A stretch of 62,997 nucleotides of DNA, the filler included, from Octopus bimaculoides (lineage: Eukaryota): NCBI RefSeq assembly GCF_001194135.2. It is 6 parts of 6 records of this genome, joined end to end, with 100 filler letters (N's around TTAATTAATTAA, not from the genome) between each part and the next. Parts side by side here need not be neighbours in the genome. Positions count along the whole stretch, not along the records: positions 49,022 to 60,260 come from NC_069010.1; positions 60,361 to 61,836 come from NC_068997.1; positions 61,937 to 62,997 come from NW_026310510.1; 3 more parts are not named here. The stretch is one strand, 5' to 3'. The notes under the pieces were generated by a model. It did not search any database, had not been told where the DNA came from, and saw nothing but the letters and a program-made list of their open reading frames with translations. The translations under genes were made by a program, and so were the position numbers. Shown one piece after another: positions 53,851-62,997 of the stretch. How positions within the stretch are numbered: the first letter of the stretch is position 1; each line of letters opens with the position of its first letter.

Positions 53851-54844
53851 TCTATCTAATTTCAGGAGATGACGAGTTATAAATAAAAGCTATGTCCGGT
53901 CACGATATATCTAAGAATGAATTTTAAAACATTTAATCCTTAATCGTTAGTCGCCTATGGCTCTCTTAATGTCTACCTATCTATCTATCTATCTACGGTT
54001 CCTGGCTGTAAGNNNNNNNNNNNNNNNNNNNNNNNNNNNNNNNNNNNNNNNNNNNNNNNNNNNNNNNNNNNNNNNNNNNNNNNNNNNNNNNNNNNNNNNN
54101 NNNNNNNNNNNNNNNNNNNNNNNNNNNNNNNNNNNNNNNNNNNNNNNNNNNNNNNNNNNNNNNNNNNNNNNNNNNNNNNNNNNNNNNNNNNNNNNNNNNN
54201 NNNNNNNNNNNNNNNNNNNNNNNNNNNNNNNNNNNNNNNNNNNNNNNNNNNNNNNNNNNNNNNNNNNNNNNNNNNNNNNNNNNNNNNNNNNNNNNNNNNN
54301 NNNNNNNNNNNNNNNNNNNNNNNNNNNNNNNNNNNNNNNNNNNNNNNNNNNNNNNNNNNNNNNNNNNNNNNNNNNNNNNNNNNNNNNNNNNNNNNNNNNN
54401 NNNNNNNNNNNNNNNNNNNNNNNNNNNNNNNNNNNNNNNNNNNNNNNNNNNNNNNNNNNNNNNNNNNNNNNNNNNNNNNNNNNNNNNNNNNNNNNNNNNN
54501 NNNNNNNNNNNNNNNNNNNNNNNNNNNNNNNNNNNNNNNNNNNNNNNNNNNNNNNNNNNNNNNNNNNNNNNNNNNNNNNNNNNNNNNNNNNNNNNNNNNN
54601 NNNNNNNNNNNNNNNNNNNNNNNNNNNNNNNNNNNNNNNNNNNNNNNNNNNNNNNNNNNNNNNNNNNNNNNNNNNNNNNNNNNNNNNNNNNNNNNNNNNN
54701 NNNNNNNNNNNNNNNNNNNNNNNNNNNNNNNNNNNNNNNNNNNNNNNNNNNNNNNNNNNNNNNNNNNNNNNNNNNNNNNNNNNNNNNNNNNNNNNNNNNG
54801 ATACCAAAACCACCACCTCTCTCTCTCTCTCTCTCACACACACA

Positions 54845-55099
54845 CAGTGTTCAAAAGTCTCTCCTTAGTATTTTATTGCAAAATAAATATTTATAAGATG
54901 GTATAAGACTACAAAAAGAATATATTAGACTTTACAAGACTTTAAAAAAACTTTATAAGCTACTGAAAGTGTCGTCCTTCATTTTCAATACAGAAGTTGA
55001 CTCTTCAACACATGCTTTGAAATACATCTTGGAGAGTCTGACTCTTGGAGAGTCAGGATGAAAAAGAATTCACTGTGGAGAGACTTTTTGAACACCCTA
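54845..55099. mobile_element. Short Tc1/mariner-type MITE
   Basis: Terminal inverted repeats cagtgttcaaaagtctctcc ... ggagagactttttgaacaccct, followed by a TA run. Confidence 0.65.
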
Positions 55100-55149
55100 T
55101 ATATATATAATGAGAGGTAAGTAGGTAGATATATATATAAATGTCTATT

Positions 55150-55570
55150 GTATCTACCTAGCTTGCTACCTACCAATCTATGCATTCATCAAGCTTACCT
55201 GCTAACTTCAACAAGCTACCTAGCTAATGAGTCGTCCATCTATTTACCAAGCCATTTACCTACCTACCTACCAACCAAGCCACCAAGATGTCTACCCATC
55301 TATTTACCAAGAAACCTAGCCACCAATCCACCTGCTCACCAAGTCACTTAGCCAACAACTCATCTCTGTACCAAGCCACCTTGGTAGCCAAACTGCCCAG
55401 CTACCAATATTCCAACCTACTTCATAAGACACCTAATCAAGTACCCATCTATTTACCAAACCATCTAGCTACCTACCCATCTACTTACCAAGCTACCCAG
55501 CTACCTATCTAGCTACCCGCTTGCCAAGCCATCAAGACCAACAACTACCCATATACTTAAAAAGCCACCT
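55150..55570 (+). repeat. Degenerate (CTAC)n-derived minisatellite with recurring ccatctatttaccaag
   Basis: Motif recurs at about 55236, 55296, 55446 and 55478. Confidence 0.65.
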
Positions 55571-56060
55571 CGTTACCTGCCCTCCTCCGTACATTACCTC
55601 AGCTGTTCCTCTTAAGTGCAGATCATTATTTCAAACATACAACTGCCACATACACACCTATGATATGTTTTCCGTTTTCAAATAGCTAATGCCAAAGAGA
55701 GAGAAAGAGAAAGATCATTCTAAAGACTACTTCTTAAAACAGGAAAAAGGCGTTGGTGTGAATGACGTGAGGTCTACAGCGCGAAACTTTAGGTCTACCA
55801 ACATCATAAAGTCGTACCTAGGCGCCGCGTCTTACACAGAGATGGGGGTGGTATCTATTTTAAGATTTTAATATTTAATATGTTATATATGACATCATTG
55901 CTGGATGATGATGCAGTTGTTTAGCACCAACATAACCTGATCAAAGAAACGCTCTAGACGTGACCGTTCCACTTTTTTTCTCTCCTTTCGAGCATTATAT
56001 ACCTAAAATTAAATTAGGTGATTTTCTAAACACTCTTCTTAAAAAAGAAAAAAAAATCCC

Positions 56061-57840
56061 AGCTAATGAAGGAGACCTCTACATGGCTGCTATTTTAACC
56101 AGGCCTGGCTACCATGTAGAGGTCTCCCTCATTAGCTTATACCTATATACATACATAAGACAGGAGGGTGTGATTTGAGGGAGATTTGGCTGCTATTTCT
56201 ACCAGGTCTAGCTACCATGTAGAGGCCTCCCTCATTGGCTTATACATACATACATACATACATACATACATACGACTGTAAGGTGTGATTTGGTCGCTAT
56301 TTCTGCCAGGTGTAGCTACCATGTAGAGGTCTCCCTCATGTCTCATACGTTCATATATACATACATAAAAGAGAGTAGGGTGTGATTTGAGGAAGATTTG
56401 GCTACTATTTCTACCAGATTTATCTATCATTTAGAGGTTTCCCTCACTGGCTCATACATATAAACATTAATAAGACGGTAAGGTGTGATTTGAGGGAGAT
56501 TTGGCTGCTATTTACAGTAGGTTGGCATTGTTATTGCTGTTGTACCATAGGATATGTTTTAAAAGAAAATGCTTAGAGGGTTTCGTGTGCTAAACTTCAG
56601 GACTACCATTATAACATACATCAAAAAGCCTTTTATTAATCTAAGCTAGTCTGCAGAGCTGTGATTTAATTGTTTACGCCTGGATTTCAATAAAAGCTAA
56701 ATATAATACATGACATCACCATTCCTGGATGATGCTACAATTGTTGTTGTTGTTGTTCTTGTTCTTGTATTTACATAGCTTCATAGATTCGAGTGAGATC
56801 TTACACTCACCAGGAGAAAGAAAAGAACAAGAAAGAAAAAAGGCGTTGGAGGAAGGTGGGGAAATCTAGAATGCTAAACTTTAGGTCTACCTTAATAGCA
56901 AAGTTTTTTTGTTTTTTTTTAGATTAAAACATGCTGTTGGTACGTCATTGTTATTAAACCCTAGGTTTCCCCAGATCAGTACAAACAACAAACCTATGAT
57001 AAAAGAAAGACGTTCTAGCCCTGACCACAACGCCTTATCTAGCTAAATGTATCTGGAATTACGTCATCTGATGGAATCTTTTCCTAAATTAAGGCAGAAA
57101 GCTAACGCGGATTCAGTGAGATTTAGCTGCTATTTTTAGCATATACAAGGACCACGTAGAATGTACTTATTGTTTAGATCATAGCTTCTGTAGTTGTATA
57201 TTTAACTCAGCCTCGATCCAACAGATTTACCATTATTTGACGGATATGTTGCTGCTATTTCTAGCAATCACTTAGAGGAATCCTTTGTTGGCCAGCTGTA
57301 GCTATATCAGTCCTGATCCAGTAGCAAGCCTTCTATGATAATCCAACAGAGATTTAGCAGCTATTTCAAGCATACACAACAACAAAGTACCTTCTCTGTT
57401 GACTTTCCAAAGCAGACCTATAATACAACAGAGATTTAGCTGCTATTTCTGGCTGACGTAGCCACTATGTGCTTCCCCTATTATCAAGGCTATTGTTGTT
57501 GTTATTCGGCCGTAGGTCATCCCGATCCAATAATAGACTTCCTATAATAATCGAACGGTGATTTGGCTGCTATTTCTAACGTACGTAGCTACTAAGTGCC
57601 TCCCCTGGCTCGCATTGTTGTGAAGTCCTAGCTTAAACCCTGATCTCAAATAGCAGGCTTCATGTAACAATTTTTATAGATTTAGCTGTTATTTCAAGCA
57701 ATCTTGTTGGCTCCAGAAATAATTGTTGTTATTGCTTGCTGCCTTTGTTGTTATTTGTCTCTACCCCACCCCCAAAGAACCCCTTCTTATACCATCACGT
57801 CGATCCAGCAGTAGTAGATTTGGCTGCTCTTTCTAGCAAC
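56061..57840 (+). repeat. Degenerate tandem array: 12 copies of GATTT(G/A)GCTGCTATTTCTA(G/C)CA
   Basis: Copies at about 56085, 56183, 56287, 56395, 56498, 57120, 57249, 57351, 57433, 57560, 57679 and 57817. Confidence 0.8.
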
Positions 57841-58665
57841 CCTTTTGGCCCCTGTACACTCCATGCTGTCAGGGTTTCACAGCTAAATATGGAGTATGAC
57901 ATCATCATAACCTAGATTCTGGAAGTGGTGGTAGAGGTGGTAATGTTACAGTGGTGGTAGTGGTAGTTGTATTGTTAGATGGTGGTAGGGGTAATGTTAT
58001 CGTGATGAGGTGGTGGAGGTGATGTTGTATTGTTATTGTGATGGTGGTGTCGGAGAAGTAGAACGCAGGGGGAAGGGGGAGACAAGAAACAATGAAACGG
58101 CGGCCAGCTGTGATTATAGTGATGGCGATGGAAGAGGAGGGGACCGAGTTGATGGTGGTGGTCGTCGAAAAGTGAGAGGAAGAGAATAAGATAGAAGTGA
58201 GAGAGAGAAAGAAGAGAGACAAGGGAGAAGGGAGAGGAGGTGAACATCCTAAAAGTTAAAACAAGGGCGAAGGCTCGAAATACAAAGATGTGCGTGTGTG
58301 TACATGAGTGTGTGTGTGTGTGTGTGTATGCGTGTGTTTTATGTATGTGTATATAGGTATGCATTTATATATGCACATGTGTATGCAGATATGCTTACAT
58401 ACATAAAAACATACATATATATATGCATGTATGCATGAATGCATATTCATACGTATGCATGCAACTGCACAGTGCTGATGTACACAGCACAATGCATAAC
58501 AATGCATTGCTGCACATATTGTATTCATTTGATAAATATCAATGCATATGTCATACCAGACAACTGCACATGCACCGCAACTGCAGTTTTATAACAGTAT
58601 TGCACACTATGCAAAACTATTGACTGTACTAAACATACATGCATACATATATACATTATATATAG

Positions 58666-58697
<32 letters not shown>

Positions 58698-59522
58698 NNN
58701 NNNNNNNNNNNNNNNNNNNNNNNNNNNNNNNNNNNNNNNNNNNNNNNNNNNNNNNNNNNNNNNNNNNNNNNNNNNNNNNNNNNNNNNNNNNNNNNNNNNN
58801 NNNNNNNNNNNNNNNNNNNNNNNNNNNNNNNNNNNNNNNNNNNNNNNNNNNNNNNNNNNNNNNNNNNNNNNNNNNNNNNNNNNNNNNNNNNNNNNNNNNN
58901 NNNNNNNNNNNNNNNNNNNNNNNNNNNNNNNNNNNNNNNNNNNNNNNNNNNNNNNNNNNNNNNNNNNNNNNNNNNNNNNNNNNNNNNNNNNNNNNNNNNN
59001 NNNNNNNNNNNNNNNNNNNNNNNNNNNNNNNNNNNNNNNNNNNNNNNNNNNNNNNNNNNNNNNNNNNNNNNNNNNNNNNNNNNNNNNNNNNNNNNNNNNN
59101 NNNNNNNNNNNNNNNNNNNNNNNNNNNNNNNNNNNNNNNNNNNNNNNNNNNNNNNNNNNNNNNNNNNNNNNNNNNNNNNNNNNNNNNNNNNNNNNNNNNN
59201 NNNNNNNNNNNNNNNNNNNNNNNNNNNNNNNNNNNNNNNNNNNNNNNNNNNNNNNNNNNNNNNNNNNNNNNNNNNNNNNNNNNNNNNNNNNNNNNNNNNN
59301 NNNNNNNNNNNNNNNNNNNNNNNNNNNNNNNNNNNNNNNNNNNNNNNTCTGGTGGAACCCCCCATAGCCATTCGATGTTTAAGAATTAGTTTTATAGAAA
59401 CTTCTTTCAAAATTCCTATTTTGTTTTTCACACATTAACTTGTGTAGGTTGAACAATGGAAAATGTTAGAGAAAGAGACCTTGCTGTTTCTTGCAAAACA
59501 TAACCAATATGTACATCTAAAG

Positions 59523-59862
59523 CAGGGGTTCTCAACCATTTCTTATCTATGGACCCCTCTGATTACTATTTCATTCTGGTGGAACCCCCCATAGCCATTC
59601 GATGTTTAAGAATTAGTTTTATAGAAACTTCTTTCGAAATTCCTATTTTGTTTTTCACACATTAACTTGTGTAGGTTGAACTATGGAAAATGGTAGAGAA
59701 AGGAACCCAGCTGTTTCTTGCGATACACACGTCTAAAACAAAATTTTTCAGGGGCCTTTAAAATACTATTGAGGATCCTCAATTAACCTATTTTGTTGCG
59801 TGGATCCCCAAAAATCTTTATGGACTCTCAGGGGCCACATGGACCCGGTTTGAAAACCTCTG
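59523..59862. mobile_element. hAT-type MITE
   Basis: Termini CAGGGGTTCTCAAC ... TTTGAAAACCTCTG with GGACCCC subterminal motifs; no clear 8-bp TSD. Confidence 0.65.
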
Positions 59863-60360
59863 CTTTTGATAACAATTAATAGAATAATGCACAATGTGAT
59901 GTAGTATAGTTAATTTATGGTATAACACACACACAGCGATGCATACCTACATACACGCAAAGATGCAATATTATGCACAAAGTAGCAAAGTGCAGTATGA
60001 AGAATGTATGCAGTAGCGAGGTGCAATCGCAAGCAAGGCTGAGATGCACTGATCAATTAACTTCAATTATGCACAAATTGCGCCAAGAAATATGCTGGAA
60101 TGCAAGGTGCCATTTTTCTTTTTTTTTTTCTTTTTCGTCAGGTACAAACATTCCATAATGATGCATGTAATTACAATGCCTGCATCTGTATCTGTGTGTG
60201 ATGTGTGACGTCATAAGACTTTATAAACTTTCGAGAGAAAGTAAAATTAGTTTTTTTTTTNNNNNNNNNNNNNNNNNNNNNNNNNNNNNNNNNNNNNNNN
60301 NNNNTTAATTAATTAANNNNNNNNNNNNNNNNNNNNNNNNNNNNNNNNNNNNNNNNNNNN

Positions 60361-60424
<64 letters not shown>

Positions 60425-60933
60425 ATATGTAGAAATATGCATACACACAGCGATATTTGAAAACAGAAGGAGCAGTACGAAATATTATTAGATATTTTGT
60501 CCGACTGAGCTCATCCTATTATATATATCCACAAATATATACAATAACCAACAAGCTATGATATCGGCAATTATTCTGAAATGTATAGCGCTAATCAACA
60601 AATAAGAAGTGTTCGTAATGAATAGATAAACGCTTTTACTACGAATCGTAGGTGCTTTGTCTATGGTTTGTTATAGAAAAATTGATACCATCAGAAATCA
60701 AACAAGTCAAACACATATTTAAATATGTATACAGAGTAGATAGGTTTTGCCTGTATATTTATTTACAATATGTCTTAGTAGTCGATTTACAACTGTACAG
60801 TACTTTCTCTATAAAATTATAAACACATACATATATACACGCATTCACAGACATATGTATACGTATATGTGTATATGTACATACACACATATATAAATAT
60901 ATATATATATATATGTGTGTAAATGAATATATA

Positions 60934-60968
<35 letters not shown>

Positions 60969-61796
60969 GAGAATATACAAAAAATAACAACAGACGAGGA
61001 CAGGTGGTGTAAATAACAAAAGTATATATTATGTATGTATGTAAATACGTATAGAATGATATCGATAAATATATAACATGTGTATATCTTTTATACATAC
61101 ATACACACTTACACACGTACACACACACACACACAGGACTTACATATACTAGCACATAAATACATTCAGCGTTACACGTATATTCATATTTATATAACTA
61201 TATATACACGTATATACACCTTCACATATGTGAAACATGAATATATTCAAACCAACATGGCTATACGATTATAGGCATCCACAGATACATCTAAATATAC
61301 TTTTACGCATCCATCCATACATTCATAACTCATATATACACGCATACATACATTCTTTTCACATCCAGCAAAATAAATTTATAATGTATTTTGATTCATA
61401 TTTACGCTATAAATATTGATATACAATATTTATAAGTTCATCATTTTAATGTAACATAGATATTTTAGAACTGGCTTGTCTGTATTTTTTATAATGTTTG
61501 TTTATCATATACATTCACAATTAAATTGCTTCGACTATTCTGTTAAATATATGTCTAGAGAAAAAAGATCTTATCTTAGAGCGTTACCTTATCCTATTAA
61601 ATGCACAAATGACCTGCTTTCACTGATAGACTTACTGTATATGACTCTATTTTTAAACATGTATATACAGAAAACGTCTGCGTGTTTCTGTGTTTTCATG
61701 AGTAGAGAGATAAATACACATACGTGCGTATACACACACACATATATATATATATAAATATGTATACGTATAAATGTATTTATATATATTCGTGTG

Positions 61797-61836
<40 letters not shown>

Positions 61837-62997
61837 NNNNNNNNNNNNNNNNNNNNNNNNNNNNNNNNNNNNNNNNNNNNTTAATTAATTAANNNNNNNN
61901 NNNNNNNNNNNNNNNNNNNNNNNNNNNNNNNNNNNNCAAACTTAAATGAATGAAAAACACAAAGACACACGAAGCATTTTCTCTGCATAAATTAGTTACT
62001 ATTTACATGCAATTGCCATCAGTACAAATATAGTTGCTATATAACAATATATGTATAAGACTTCACAACTTCATTCCTTACATAGAGCAAATATCTTAAA
62101 TAATATGAGCCCTAAATTTAAAGAATGTAAGCAATATAAACACGCGAAACAATTTTTTTCTACACATCAGTCAATATTGTTATTGCATTGCATTATCTTG
62201 AAGAAGAAATTAAGTTGATATTTATATATGTATATGATCGTATTTCTACTGAATTTCATTTTTCGTCTAACCAATTTAGCTATGATTACAATCCGTATAT
62301 CACCCGAGATATATCCTCATATAATATCACGTATTTAATATCAAAATAATTTACTATCAATCCAAAATTTCGGCTTAAAAAAATCTGTATTTTTTCAAAA
62401 AAATATCATTGGAAAGATATCTTGACTTCTTAGCTTCGAATATATTTGGGGTATGAGAGAGGACATTGCAGCAAACGGACGTGATAAAAGCTTAACATCC
62501 TCTTTTTTCTATTCAATTCTTTTTTCGCCATCGGTGATTCAATAGCTTCTGAGAGTACGTGCGGACATTGAAGAAATTAACCAAACAGACGTGAGAAAAA
62601 TAGTGGAATTTAATTGCTTCATTTTTTTCATGTTCTCGACATCTTATTTCAATAAACAGGAGACAGGAAAACGGATAATAATGCAAGCAACTTTGATAAA
62701 ATAGTGGCCAAAAAATTGTTAATATTTATCATTTCTATTTTTTGTGCATCTGTCAGTATATGTCTTTCTGTCAGTAATGGCTTACTCGCACTAAGTATTC
62801 TGTACACACAGTGACAATTTTAGGAACAAATAGGATTCAGATTTTAATATCAATAGGAAGAAAAAACAACGTATTTTGCAAATATTTCTCAACAAAATAA
62901 TTTAACTCTGTATATCATGTATATATAATGCAAAAACTAAGTTTCACAAGATGACGTACAAAGAAAAGAACAAAAATCATTAGAAATGAAAAAAAAA

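Noticed and set aside
56061-57840. CRISPR-like repeat-spacer look
   Set aside because: The DNA is eukaryotic, the repeats are degenerate, the linkers are homologous to each other, and there are no cas genes.

Overview
This is AT-rich eukaryotic genomic DNA, packed with microsatellites and broken by many assembly gaps. The SINE families look like those of coleoid cephalopods, probably Octopus (an inference). The main result is a complete 5-exon gene on the minus strand, assembled by hand (CDS 18520 to 10765). It has canonical GT-AG introns, matching phases, a TATA box and an AATAAA signal, and encodes a 287-aa secreted protein I cannot name. Its C-terminal beta-strand pattern resembles Cyt/volvatoxin-type cytolysins, which is only a hypothesis. 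The window also holds one intact exon of a DUSP10/puckered-like MAP-kinase phosphatase, an RPS27 processed pseudogene, a 370-aa Q/H/N-rich ORF of uncertain status, and a Tx1/L1 RT fragment. Repeats include mariner, Tc1 and hAT MITEs, three SINE families, local duplications, a templated-insertion signature and a 12-copy motif array. Most ORFs in the supplied track are microsatellite or gap artefacts. Repeat coordinates are approximate; exon coordinates were read base by base.
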